Shown here: one piece after another, positions 45,010-54,817 of the stretch | How positions within the stretch are numbered: position 1 is the first letter of the stretch | How the letters are laid out: each line of letters starts with the position of its first letter | Assembly (NCBI GenBank): GCA_903834195.1 | Contig: CAILIB010000029.1 | Location: 7,715 to 71,714 of the forward strand | Direction: 5' to 3' | Length of the DNA stretch: 64,000 nucleotides | From: an uncultured Candidatus Berkelbacteria bacterium | GTDB lineage: Bacteria; Patescibacteriota; UBA1384; CAILIB01 | Notes under the pieces: generated by a model | Told to the model about the DNA's origin: nothing | Database searches by the model: none | Seen by the model: the letters and a program-made list of their open reading frames with translations, nothing else | Translations under genes and position numbers: made by a program

Positions 45010-45270
45010 TTTTCTTCATGGTAGGCATCGAACGACACGGACGGCGTCCACGTGACGCACCTACACGTCGAAGGCTACTCGACGTATTCGGCTTTTGCCG
45101 AACCGACCCTAACAAGGTCATCGATCGCATTCGAGTCTTGTGCTCGAATGGACTATGCAATTCAATCACTGGGCCGAACTGTTTCTCTGCGATACCAAAT
45201 GGTTAGTGGAGTGATCCAGTGAACCTAACCCCGACCGTCTCACTCGAAACGGCCGGGGTGGTTTTTATTT
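45010..45270 (+). ncRNA. Candidate structured RNA (or Arg/Cys-rich 62-66 aa ORF 45006/45018..45206) ending in a terminator
   Basis: Serial perfect hairpins at 45067-83, 45087-102 and 45128-50, and 45167-72 pairing with 45216-21. Terminator CCCCGACCGT(45229-38)/ACGGCCGGGG(45249-58) plus a T-run. Confidence 0.4.
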
Positions 45271-45313
45271 AGAGTAAAAAAATTGGGGCCCACCTGCTGG
45301 CGAGCCCACATGA

Positions 45314-45874
45314 CTAGTTCCTTCGAGATAATTCTTCGAAGTACATACGATACATTTCATTGACGATAATCGGAATGTTAAACCTGTTGGAACACATTCC
45401 TTGAACAGCCTTTTCAAGGGCCTTCTTCGGATTAGTCTTTGGCTCGCTGAGTGCAATAAACAGCTCTGCAATCCGCTCAGCCGATCTACTACAGGTGCAG
45501 GCAGTCTCAATACACTGATCTACAACGTAGTCATCAAGAACAGATTTAAGTTCATCGAGCGTTGGAAACATACTCCCAACAGACCATTTAATAATCCCTG
45601 TTTCTTTTGACTTTTTGTACCTACCTTTTGGCGTACACACTTGAATTGCGCCCTCTCGCTCAATCAACCGTACGACATAACGATATGTCGATTCATGACC
45701 GGAGATTTTTGCTTTGAAATACGGCATCCCAAATGTGGGTTGAACTCGGGTAAATACAATAACCTGCTTAACCCCCTCACCACTCACGTGCTGATATCTT
45801 TCAGCTTTCCTCGGCCTTTTCCCAGCTGCCACATATGGCAATTGAGAAAGAGTATCCAAAAGCGACGAAGACAT
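45314..45874 (-). CDS. Hypothetical protein (186 aa)
   Basis: GAAGGAG lies 7 nt upstream of ATG 45874 (the track start 45946 is less likely). No recognisable domain. Confidence 0.55.
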   Translation of the reverse strand: MSSSLLDTLSQLPYVAAGKRPRKAERYQHVSGEGVKQVIVFTRVQPTFGMPYFKAKISGHESTYRYVVRLIEREGAIQVCTPKGRYKKSKETGIIKWSVGSMFPTLDELKSVLDDYVVDQCIETACTCSRSAERIAELFIALSEPKTNPKKALEKAVQGMCSNRFNIPIIVNEMYRMYFEELSRRN

Positions 45875-45946
45875 GAAATAACTCCTTCTAAATATTCGCC
45901 CCAAAGGGCATGCACTGGTTGTAGCAGAAAACAACCAAATAACCAA

Positions 45947-46588
45947 CTATTTACGGCCTTTTTGCCCAGTAAGTGTTCGATACAGCCAATCAGTTGGCTT
46001 CACAAGCAAATTCCACGTTTTGGTATCAATCGGAATAAAGTAAATGAGCGGACCAGCAATCAAAAAGGCTATTCCTAATCGAGGATTAATAAACGTAGCT
46101 CCAATCGCCAAAACATACATCACAACGGGCAAGAGGATCTTTGTTGCTACATTTCGTTTAAACTCCAAACTTGGTGCCTGAGTAAAAAATTCAGGGCGCA
46201 AAAGGGCGTAATGAATCGTATTAAAAATCATCAACCCACAAAGTGCTAAATCAGTTGCATACACCACCTGTGCCGTATGACTCAAGGGATGAGCACCCAA
46301 AAGACTTGCAACAAAAGGTACTAAACTTACTGGCAAGAAGAAGTAAATACTCCTCCAGACAAAGCTTAATGTAATCTCTTTTATCCTAGCTAAAAGCATG
46401 TGCTGAGCACTCCAGTAAATCGCCAATATAACAAAGCTAACTACTAAACTAAACAGCTTTGGCCACAAGGCAAAAACATCAGCACGCAAATTATCTGCAA
46501 GTTCAGGTACGTGCAAATCGAGAACTAAGAGGGTCATGGCAATGGCAAATATGCCATCAGCCAAACCTTCAATGCGGGATACTTTCAT
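45947..46588 (-). CDS. TMEM175/DUF1211-family potassium channel-like membrane protein
   Basis: N-terminal RIEGLADGIFAIAMTLLVLDL motif, 6 TM. Confidence 0.75.
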   Translation of the reverse strand: MKVSRIEGLADGIFAIAMTLLVLDLHVPELADNLRADVFALWPKLFSLVVSFVILAIYWSAQHMLLARIKEITLSFVWRSIYFFLPVSLVPFVASLLGAHPLSHTAQVVYATDLALCGLMIFNTIHYALLRPEFFTQAPSLEFKRNVATKILLPVVMYVLAIGATFINPRLGIAFLIAGPLIYFIPIDTKTWNLLVKPTDWLYRTLTGQKGRK

Positions 46589-46659
46589 GAAAAAAGTATA
46601 TCACGGTAAAATTTGTCTGCATAAAAACGGGGCTCACCAATTGTGGCAAACCCCTAAAC

Positions 46660-47226
46660 TCATGTCGTTTTCTGTAGTTCATCGTAGTACAAGGTATGAA
46701 GCGTGATCACAGTGCTGTACACTCTCATAATCTGAGATTTTGACAGAGATTTTGTACACTCAGCAATAACATCTGTGCCATTGTTCAAAAAGTCGTTATT
46801 TCCTACGTAAATCTCAAGTAATCGCTGAACACTCTCACGCTCAATATGAGAAGAAATTCCTTTTTGAATATGCGTCTCAATAGCTTCACTTCCGAGCACC
46901 TCAATCAGCATTTGCAGTGTTGGTAATGATTCACCAGTTCGACACTCAATTTCCCAGCAACCTCCATCTTTTTTATAGTTAACCTCTAACCCTTCAGTTA
47001 AATACTGGGACAAACGAACAATAATATGGTGAATCCACTCATTGTCACCAACTACTATCGCCACAATTACGGGTTGCAAAAGTGGTATAACAGTGTGATA
47101 AAAGCGAGCAGAGCATTCACCAACTTCGTAGTCAAAAAAACAATCTGGACCAACCTCTCTTCCGAGAGGGATTATTGGCAGATTTATTAAGTTCTCAAAA
47201 TCCTTGTCTAAAATGGTACACCTCAC
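46660..47226 (-). CDS. Hypothetical protein (188 aa)
   Basis: Long ORF with a downstream hairpin plus T-run. No recognisable domain. Confidence 0.5.
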   Translation of the reverse strand: MRCTILDKDFENLINLPIIPLGREVGPDCFFDYEVGECSARFYHTVIPLLQPVIVAIVVGDNEWIHHIIVRLSQYLTEGLEVNYKKDGGCWEIECRTGESLPTLQMLIEVLGSEAIETHIQKGISSHIERESVQRLLEIYVGNNDFLNNGTDVIAECTKSLSKSQIMRVYSTVITLHTLYYDELQKTT

Positions 47227-47293
47227 AACAATTCAAAGAAACGAACATACCTTGTTCTACCAGAAAAGCATGGGATAAACCAATAAACACCCC

Positions 47294-47322
47294 TTGTAAC
47301 ACCCAGCAACCCACGGTACACT
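47294..47322 (+). promoter_or_regulatory. pyrG promoter, leaderless geometry
   Basis: TTGTAA (47294-99) - 17 nt - TACACT (47317-22) - 7 nt - ATG 47330, no SD. Confidence 0.55.
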
Positions 47323-47329
47323 ACATAGG

Positions 47330-48958
47330 ATGGCTACCCAGTTCCGCACGATTATCGTTACCGGTGGCATCGTCTCAGGCATAGGCAAAGGAATAACAGC
47401 GGCATCGCTTGGACGCCTTTTACAAAATCGCGGGTTTACCGTTTTTCCTGTAAAAGCAGACCCCTACCTAAACCGAGACGCTGGCACAATGAATCCCTTC
47501 CAACACGGGGAGGTGTTTGTCACCAACGACGGTGCTGAAACAGATCTCGATCTCGGTCACTACGAACGTTTTTTGAACATCAATTTGAGTCGGCTGGCCA
47601 ACTTCACCAGCGGAGCTGTTTTTCATACAGTTATGGAGCAAGAACGTGAAGGTGACTACCTAGGCGAAGATATTCAAATTATTCCCCATGTTACCGATGA
47701 AATTAAGCGTCGCATTTACGAAGCCGGAAAAGCGAGTAAAGCCGATTTTCTCTCGGTAGAAATTGGTGGCACTGTAGGTGATATCGAAGCCCTACCCTTC
47801 CTCGAAGCTATCCGACAATTTCGCGATGAAAACCGCGACCGCACTGTGCATGTGCACGTGGTTAAAATGGATTATCTCTACCCATCCGATGAGGGTAAGA
47901 CAAAACCAATTCAGCACGCGGTTATTAGTGTGCGCTCACATGGATTGCAGCCTGATATTTTAGTTGTTCGCTGCAAGCGTCCCCTGGCACCTCACGAAAA
48001 AGAGAAGATTGCCCTATTTTGTGGAGTTTCTCCTGAATACATTATTCCCGCCATGGACGCCGAGTCCCTCTATGCAATTCCAGAAAATATGGAGGAGGCC
48101 GGGTTTGCTACAGCTGTTCTCGATCACTTTGGTGTGAAACCTAAACATGCACCAAATGGTGCAGCAGCTCGATGGGCAGCTATGCGGAAAAATGAGCGAA
48201 CCCGTAAAGGCACTATTCGCGTAGGTCTTGCAGGTAAGTATATAACGTCCAGCGATGCATACCTTTCAGTAATTGAAGCGGTTAAACATGCAGGTATTCG
48301 TCACCGCGTTCACACTGAAATTATTCCAATTGATACCGAAGAGCCAGGTTTGGCCGATAAAGTTCGTCGCGTAGATGCCCTCATTGTTCCAGGTGGATTT
48401 GGCGCCCGTGGTGTTGAAGGTAAAATCCTCGCTATTGCCACAGCCCGTAAGAACAAAATCCCCTTCTTGGGCATTTGTCTTGGCTTGCAAATGGCAGTCG
48501 TCGAGTATGCCCGCTCAGTTGCCAAACTAAGTAGTGCCACTAGTCAAGAATTTGACGAAAAAGCACTTCATAAAGTCATCGCATTCCTTCCTGGCCAGGA
48601 AGACATTCACCGTAAAGGAGGCACAATGCGCCTCGGTTCCTACCCTACCCTACTTAAGTCTGGAAGTATGGCCGAAAAACTTTACAAAAAGTATCGTCCC
48701 GACGAGATCGTTGACCATGTAATAAATGAGCGCCACCGTCATCGTTACGAGGTTAACCCAGAGTATCAAGACGCCCTTATTAAGGCTGGACTCATTATTT
48801 CTGGAACCCTCCCCGAACGCGGTCTTGTTGAATTTATCGAACTACCAAAAGAAGTCCACCCATACTTTATTGCTACACAGGCCCATCCAGAGTTCCGCAG
48901 CCGTCCTGATGAGCCTCACCCACTTTTTGCCGGACTTATAGAGGCTGCACAAAAGTAA
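47330..48958 (+). CDS. pyrG: CTP synthase
   Basis: N-terminus IVTGGIVSGIGKGI, GATase motif GICLGLQ, HRHRYEVN. Confidence 0.95.
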   Translation: MATQFRTIIVTGGIVSGIGKGITAASLGRLLQNRGFTVFPVKADPYLNRDAGTMNPFQHGEVFVTNDGAETDLDLGHYERFLNINLSRLANFTSGAVFHTVMEQEREGDYLGEDIQIIPHVTDEIKRRIYEAGKASKADFLSVEIGGTVGDIEALPFLEAIRQFRDENRDRTVHVHVVKMDYLYPSDEGKTKPIQHAVISVRSHGLQPDILVVRCKRPLAPHEKEKIALFCGVSPEYIIPAMDAESLYAIPENMEEAGFATAVLDHFGVKPKHAPNGAAARWAAMRKNERTRKGTIRVGLAGKYITSSDAYLSVIEAVKHAGIRHRVHTEIIPIDTEEPGLADKVRRVDALIVPGGFGARGVEGKILAIATARKNKIPFLGICLGLQMAVVEYARSVAKLSSATSQEFDEKALHKVIAFLPGQEDIHRKGGTMRLGSYPTLLKSGSMAEKLYKKYRPDEIVDHVINERHRHRYEVNPEYQDALIKAGLIISGTLPERGLVEFIELPKEVHPYFIATQAHPEFRSRPDEPHPLFAGLIEAAQK

Positions 48959-49055
48959 AACGCCCTCACACCGGGTAGGTGCAAGGGCGGTCGAGGGAAG
49001 GCGGCGATCATGCCATCTTCACGAGGATAGTTCGCTGAATAGAACGAGAATATTC

Positions 49056-49937
49056 TCAACTATTTCTTCGTCGTTCCTCCAGGGCACTCTTAGCCTTTTT
49101 TTCAAGTTTGTACTTCTGTAGCGAGTCAAAGTAACGAACAGGTTGTCGAGGCGGGTCGATAGCTTGGTCATTGTAACAAACTTCCTCTCCTAAAAGCGGA
49201 ATGCGCTTAGGGAGTAGAATTGTTCCGAGTACATAATCCGGGATTGCAATCCCCCAGAATCCAACAATCGCCATATTTGTCTGTTCATTCCAGTGATGAA
49301 TCAGGTGAAAAGTGTACGTTCGTCGAACGAACTTACTTCTTTCTAAGCCCTTCTTCCAGAACTTATCAAATGGCAGGTGCAAAATTGCATGCCAAATTTC
49401 ATAGTAAGAGTAATACACCGTAACGGCCACTAGAAATCCGATCCATATCGGAGCATTTGGAAAAAAGATCGAAAACGGGATTCCAAGAGTTACTGCAAAG
49501 ATAAGATAGAAGACCTGAAGGCTCCAGAAAGGGAAGTGCATCGCTTTTTCCTGCTCTCTGAGGGTAATAGGATATATGAAACGTAAAACTCGAACGAGCT
49601 TTGTAGGATTTTTACGATCGACAGGCACATACGCAGGCGTTAGCCCATGGTGCAGAGTATGCGCAACGTACTGGGAACGAAGAAACGGAATAACCACTGC
49701 ATGTAAGACATACCTGTGGTAAAAGTACTCAAAGAAACTGAGTGGAATACCCATGAGAAGTGCAACTCCGAGAATCGGGCCTATCCCCATTCCCAATTCA
49801 ACATGCAATCGATTTGGTGCTAACTTCCAGAACAGTCCGACTGGTACCGAAATATTCAGTACCAAAGAGATAATGAATCTCACCCAAGGAAATCCCTTGG
49901 ACTTCTCCTCAAGTGACGATAAAGTGTGATTGCTCAT
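49056..49937 (-). CDS. Fatty acid hydroxylase/sterol desaturase-superfamily membrane protein
   Basis: His boxes HRYVLH, HTLHH, HLIHH. GGAGA lies 7 nt upstream of ATG 49937 (the track start is TTG 50006). Confidence 0.55.
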   Translation of the reverse strand: MSNHTLSSLEEKSKGFPWVRFIISLVLNISVPVGLFWKLAPNRLHVELGMGIGPILGVALLMGIPLSFFEYFYHRYVLHAVVIPFLRSQYVAHTLHHGLTPAYVPVDRKNPTKLVRVLRFIYPITLREQEKAMHFPFWSLQVFYLIFAVTLGIPFSIFFPNAPIWIGFLVAVTVYYSYYEIWHAILHLPFDKFWKKGLERSKFVRRTYTFHLIHHWNEQTNMAIVGFWGIAIPDYVLGTILLPKRIPLLGEEVCYNDQAIDPPRQPVRYFDSLQKYKLEKKAKSALEERRRNS

Positions 49938-50020
49938 TAAAATGTCTCCAAATTGGCAAAGTACAAACCCACTATGCACTATCAACAGAGTAACACAGAT
50001 CACCAAATGTAAATCAAGAC

Positions 50021-51469
50021 CTATTTGGCGACAAATCCCAAACTATTCTGAACAATTGTCGTAACATCTTTTGCAGTATTAATATCGTAGACACCTGTAA
50101 GGAGGCGATTATTATCCGGAAGAACTGGCAGATTAGCCCCAAAATACTGCTGAAAAACTACCCGAAACGTATTCACTGACGTAATGGTCGGATAGAGTAA
50201 CGAATAGTTTTTATCTGGAAAATAAAACGCATTCAGAATAGAGTACTTCTCCTCAAACGACTGAGGAACTGCATCAACTGATGACGGAGCATCATACTTC
50301 AGCTCATTCCCCTCATCCGACTGCACAATAATAATTGGCGGCGTCGCCGACTTTTTTTGAATCTGCTCAACCATTGCCAAAATAGTCTTATTCGCACAAC
50401 GAACCTGGTTCAAATATGCTTCCTGATTATTATCGGCATACCCTTTACCTGAAACGTCCTGGCAATTTGCCCCATATACATTCGGCGCATGTGGCAGAAG
50501 AATATGAGCAAATACAAATTTAGGACCAAAATTTTGACCGGCAAGATTCGTCACAGACTCTACCTGATTCGGCACCGTACTCGTATCTTGAGAAACTGGA
50601 TACAACTGATTCATCACCGGTTGAAGAATCGTGTTATCTACTAAGAAATGATCGGCAAAAAGCGGCAGATTAAGAAGATCAGGTTGTGCTTGAAAATTAG
50701 TTGTAGCCTCAATATTTGATCGAGTTGGATTCCACCATGAACCAACCTGGTAGAACTTATATCCGCTATTTTTCAGAGCTGATACAACTGCATTCTTCTG
50801 AATCAGACTTTCAAGTAAAACCGGATCGTAGCTTTTACTGGTAGCAATATTTGTAAATGATTTCAAATAGTTCAGGTTGAAAATCGAATCAATTGAATGC
50901 AGTGAGCCAAAGTAATTACTCGTACTGTTAGAGGCTACATAAAACCCTTTATCAGCTAATGCCTGAGTAAAACTACTATCGTCAAAACCATACAAGTCGT
51001 TCAGTGCACGTGGTCCAGTGTATTCATCAAACATCAAGAAATAGATATCAGGTTGAGATGCAGTAGAAAGAACTGGAACTTGTTGCACAGTCAACGCACG
51101 TGAAGTCTCAGCAAAGCCAAATGCAGCTTGGGCAAGTGAAACCGCAATAAGCAACACCGCAAGCATGTTCAAGAACTTAAACGTTTTGATTTCTACCGTT
51201 GCACGAAGAGTGCGCCAAATAAGTACCACAGCAAGCACAAGAACTAATATCGGCACCCCGTGAAATGGTGTAATTAGGTTCAATAATGGGATGCTACTGA
51301 TCGTCTGGGAAATAATTGCGTAGAGCAAAACCACAAGGACGCATATGGTTGAAACAATACCTCGATGGGCAGTATCTTTAATCCAAAACGAGAGCATTCC
51401 CTGAATCAGTGCTGTAAGTAACACCACAATCAGTACAGTCAAAAAGTACTGATAAAAATGTTGCCTCAA
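50021..51469 (-). CDS. Membrane protein with sulfatase/alkaline-phosphatase-like domain (paralog of 34476..36245)
   Basis: N-terminal TM helices, then PDIYFLMFDEY, AHILLPHAPNVY, VQSDEGN, parallel to the other copy. Confidence 0.6.
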   Translation of the reverse strand: MRQHFYQYFLTVLIVVLLTALIQGMLSFWIKDTAHRGIVSTICVLVVLLYAIISQTISSIPLLNLITPFHGVPILVLVLAVVLIWRTLRATVEIKTFKFLNMLAVLLIAVSLAQAAFGFAETSRALTVQQVPVLSTASQPDIYFLMFDEYTGPRALNDLYGFDDSSFTQALADKGFYVASNSTSNYFGSLHSIDSIFNLNYLKSFTNIATSKSYDPVLLESLIQKNAVVSALKNSGYKFYQVGSWWNPTRSNIEATTNFQAQPDLLNLPLFADHFLVDNTILQPVMNQLYPVSQDTSTVPNQVESVTNLAGQNFGPKFVFAHILLPHAPNVYGANCQDVSGKGYADNNQEAYLNQVRCANKTILAMVEQIQKKSATPPIIIVQSDEGNELKYDAPSSVDAVPQSFEEKYSILNAFYFPDKNYSLLYPTITSVNTFRVVFQQYFGANLPVLPDNNRLLTGVYDINTAKDVTTIVQNSLGFVAK

Positions 51470-51713
51470 AGTAACTTGAACTCAAGTATCCAGCTACAGT
51501 GGTTAGTGCGAAAAGATATGGAAGCGCCGGAAATAATCTCCACATTCCTGAAATAGCGCGCGAATTTAATATTTTTTTCACCATGTCTTCGGTTACTAAT
51601 ATCTGTATGCTACATATTCTTTTCTGAAAAATAAATAACCAGCTCCAGAATTCATATTTTTTGTAATAGTGTCCGCTTCTGCTATTCTTTAAAGACATAG
51701 AAGGGAGTCTCAT

Positions 51714-52982
51714 ATGACAAGTCGATCATCAACTATCATTGACCCAATTTACGATCGAGTACCGTTTAATCGGGCACTCAACGTCGTTGGACATCATTTA
51801 TTCCAGCTATTGAAAGGGAAACAGCAACTCGGACAGGCGCTCGAAGTCTTCCCAAGTGGCTCAATTACTCGACAAGCGCACAGCTTCGGCGTTGCATACA
51901 TCGTACTTCTGCGAATGTCACGACTCCTTACTGAAGGTAAATGCACTGAACAGGACGTTCAAAACGCCTACCTCGCAGGATTACTTCACGACATTGGCCA
52001 TTGGCCGCTTTCACACCTGCCGGAAGCAATTCTTGGCAGCCACAGCAAACGTGGAATTCGGCTCATACTATCCGACTTACGAGAAGCAATTATTGCCGAT
52101 GGTGGTCAACCTGAAGTTATCGTTGAGATTCTAGAAAGTAAGCATTGGCTCAGTCCACTCGTGGTCAAAAGCATCGTTTCGGGAGATAAAATCGACTACA
52201 TGGCTCGAGATGTACACCATATTTCTGGTGAAAATCACTCAATTCTAAAAGGGTTCCGAGTCGACTACATTGGTATTAGCCCTGAAAACGGTATTTACGT
52301 TGATCAGCGTTACATTAACGAAGTAACCGATCTAATTACCCTGTTTTGGAGTAAATACATTGATATTTATTACGATCCACCTTTGCGGGCAGTTGAGCGA
52401 TTCACTGAACAACTTATCTGGCTTGGCTTTGCTGCAATACCAGAATTACGTGAGGAAGCTGAGTACACTGGTGATAGCTACCTTCTCGGTAGTATCCAAC
52501 GGTTCGCCTACAAACACCCGGAAAGTGAACTTGCAATCAGACAAAATTTGATCAACTCACGAAAGCACCCATTTATCGGATATTGCTTCTCAATGCAACC
52601 AGATGCAGCAATTGCTCGCAGTCACCAGAGAGTTGTGAAAATGGATAAAGACGTCATACTTCGTAGTTCAAGATGGACTCCGGAAGAAGTTACTCGTCGA
52701 GAACACCTTCTCGCGAATGCGCTCAATGTTGATCCTTGGCAACTGAGTATATGTAGTTCACCAGATTTCTCACGTTGGAGCATTCCGAAACTCCTCATTC
52801 GTTCTATAGATGGAACGTATAAAGATGTAAGTGTCGTTGTGCCGGCACTAAAATCAGTATCGGAATACAAGACCGCACTAGGCTGCACAATCTTGGTTAA
52901 CTTTGCAAGTGAGATTCATGAGCGCATGGTCTCAGACAAAAAGGTGCAAAAGATTGTTACTGAAATCATTACAACCCCTTAG
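51714..52982 (+). CDS. HD-domain phosphohydrolase, SAMHD1/dNTP triphosphohydrolase-like
   Basis: RQAHSFGV, GLLHDIGHWPLSH, DKIDYMARD motifs. GAAGGGAG SD. Confidence 0.7.
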   Translation: MTSRSSTIIDPIYDRVPFNRALNVVGHHLFQLLKGKQQLGQALEVFPSGSITRQAHSFGVAYIVLLRMSRLLTEGKCTEQDVQNAYLAGLLHDIGHWPLSHLPEAILGSHSKRGIRLILSDLREAIIADGGQPEVIVEILESKHWLSPLVVKSIVSGDKIDYMARDVHHISGENHSILKGFRVDYIGISPENGIYVDQRYINEVTDLITLFWSKYIDIYYDPPLRAVERFTEQLIWLGFAAIPELREEAEYTGDSYLLGSIQRFAYKHPESELAIRQNLINSRKHPFIGYCFSMQPDAAIARSHQRVVKMDKDVILRSSRWTPEEVTRREHLLANALNVDPWQLSICSSPDFSRWSIPKLLIRSIDGTYKDVSVVVPALKSVSEYKTALGCTILVNFASEIHERMVSDKKVQKIVTEIITTP

Positions 52983-53016
52983 TTACAAATCTGCCAGCTG
53001 TGATACCATTAATGTA

Positions 53017-54378
53017 ATGAACAAAGAAGTTGTTGAGTACATCAAGAAAAGCATGGACGACGGCTTTTCTGTTCCAGCAATAATTGCAGAACTCCAGAAG
53101 AGCGGTCACACCGAAGCTGATATTGACGCTGGATTTCGCCACGCTTCTCACTCAAAATCTGAGCCAACTCCCCGTAAAGCGACTCTTGAACACAATCAAG
53201 ATGCAACAAAAGTCTTTACAGTTATCGGAGGAGTACTCGTTGTTGTAGCCATCCTCATCGTAATTATTACCCAGTGGGATTCAGCTGGTTCACTCGGTCA
53301 CATCCTCTTTTCAGGTATTCCAACCTTTCTCCTCCTTGGTTTAGCCTTCTATTACTGGGAAACAAATACCTATAAAGTTCTTCGAGATGGCAGCCTCATA
53401 ACTGGCTGTATTCTTTTCCCATTTTTTGTCGGAGTACTTCTTTCAGAACTGTCATTATTTAGCGATAATACTCAGCTATTCTTTTTGACTATCTTCTTGG
53501 CAAGCTCAGCATTAACCGCCCTTCTCGAGTTCTCAGGTCGAAAACCAATTCTCAGCATCCTTACTCTTATTAGTGCGTATGGACTTGCAATTAATATTTT
53601 CGAATTTTTTGACACAAGCTTCACCACCAATCTCTGGCATTTCTTAACGATTTTCTCGATTGCAATTAGTGCATTGGGTATATACCTCCTCAAGAAGAAA
53701 CACCAAAGTGCAGATACCTATGCAGCAGCTGGCATCGTATTAACTGCAGCTTCAATCCCAGCTTCGGTGTTTGCAATCCTCACTGGAGGAGATTGGGGAG
53801 TAACTAGTGCAACATTTGTGTACACAACGGCAATACTTGGTCTTCTCTACCTCTACGGTAGTGTTTTGTTATATAAATTGAACCAGCATTTTCATAGTCA
53901 CGGCATACACAGCGCAAAACGACTCATTGAGGAAGTTGCAGTATTTATGGTTCTCATTCCTTTTGTTGCTGAAGGTATAAACGATGGATTATACGCAATT
54001 TTAGCTCTTATACTCTGCTTTGCCGCTATTATACTGAGCATACCAATTCGACTGCGCGCACTCTTCCCCATGGGACTTGTAGGGGTTGTTGTCAGTATCA
54101 TTTGCATTGGTACACAGTACTTTGCTAATTCAATTAGTTGGCCACTCGCAGTACTTCTTGCTGGCTTTGCGATGTTTGGCATTGGGTATGCCATCCGTAG
54201 TGTTAAAGAAAAGGGGAAGTTACTCTTTAAAAACTTCAGGTACTTTGGACTTGGTGAAAGCCCTCACGAAGAAAAACTTGCCCAACAACAGTTTTCTTGT
54301 GTGCGAGTATTACTATTTCTCCTGGCCATTCCATTCATTCTTGCGTTTATCTTTCGTCTAATGTATTTCAGCTTTTAA
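53017..54378 (+). CDS. Polytopic membrane protein with small soluble N-terminal domain
   Basis: ATG 53017 avoids overlap with the HD gene. About 11 TM helices, family unknown. Confidence 0.55.
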   Translation: MNKEVVEYIKKSMDDGFSVPAIIAELQKSGHTEADIDAGFRHASHSKSEPTPRKATLEHNQDATKVFTVIGGVLVVVAILIVIITQWDSAGSLGHILFSGIPTFLLLGLAFYYWETNTYKVLRDGSLITGCILFPFFVGVLLSELSLFSDNTQLFFLTIFLASSALTALLEFSGRKPILSILTLISAYGLAINIFEFFDTSFTTNLWHFLTIFSIAISALGIYLLKKKHQSADTYAAAGIVLTAASIPASVFAILTGGDWGVTSATFVYTTAILGLLYLYGSVLLYKLNQHFHSHGIHSAKRLIEEVAVFMVLIPFVAEGINDGLYAILALILCFAAIILSIPIRLRALFPMGLVGVVVSIICIGTQYFANSISWPLAVLLAGFAMFGIGYAIRSVKEKGKLLFKNFRYFGLGESPHEEKLAQQQFSCVRVLLFLLAIPFILAFIFRLMYFSF

Positions 54379-54598
54379 AAGAAGGTTGCACCACGTATGG
54401 GCAACCTTCGAGGTCGAGCACCTATCCTTATTTCTTGGCCGCCTCACCAATCCAGTGCCCCAGCCAACCATTCATTTCTGGCAGGTCTTTGAGTTCAAGG
54501 ATTTTTTGGAGCTCAAGAGTAACATCTCATCAGGCGCAATTACCCAGAGAAATATAGTTGACAATGTTAAAAATACATGACATTGTGTTAAAAATAGT

Positions 54599-54817
54599 TT
54601 GCATATGTCCCAACCAAGCCTGACAACTAACATCCGCCAACTCCGTCTCATGGCCAACATGACCCAGGAGGAGCTTGCTGATGCAGTTGGGGCAGTTCGC
54701 CAAACTATTGCCTATCTGGAAAAGGGTGAATACATGCCCTCCCTTGCTCTAGCCTGGCGCATAGCACAGATATTTAATAAATCTATTGAGGAGGTTTTTA
54801 CCTTCACAATTCTATGA
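54599..54817 (+). CDS. XRE-family HTH transcriptional regulator
   Basis: [42 protein letters not shown]. The start is probably ATG 54605. Confidence 0.85.
   Translation: MHMSQPSLTTNIRQLRLMANMTQEELADAVGAVRQTIAYLEKGEYMPSLALAWRIAQIFNKSIEEVFTFTIL

Noticed and set aside
51378-51713. 111-aa minus-strand ORF overlapping the 5' end of 50021..51469 and the divergent promoter region
   Set aside because: It overlaps a better-supported gene in another frame, has no SD, and is most likely spurious.
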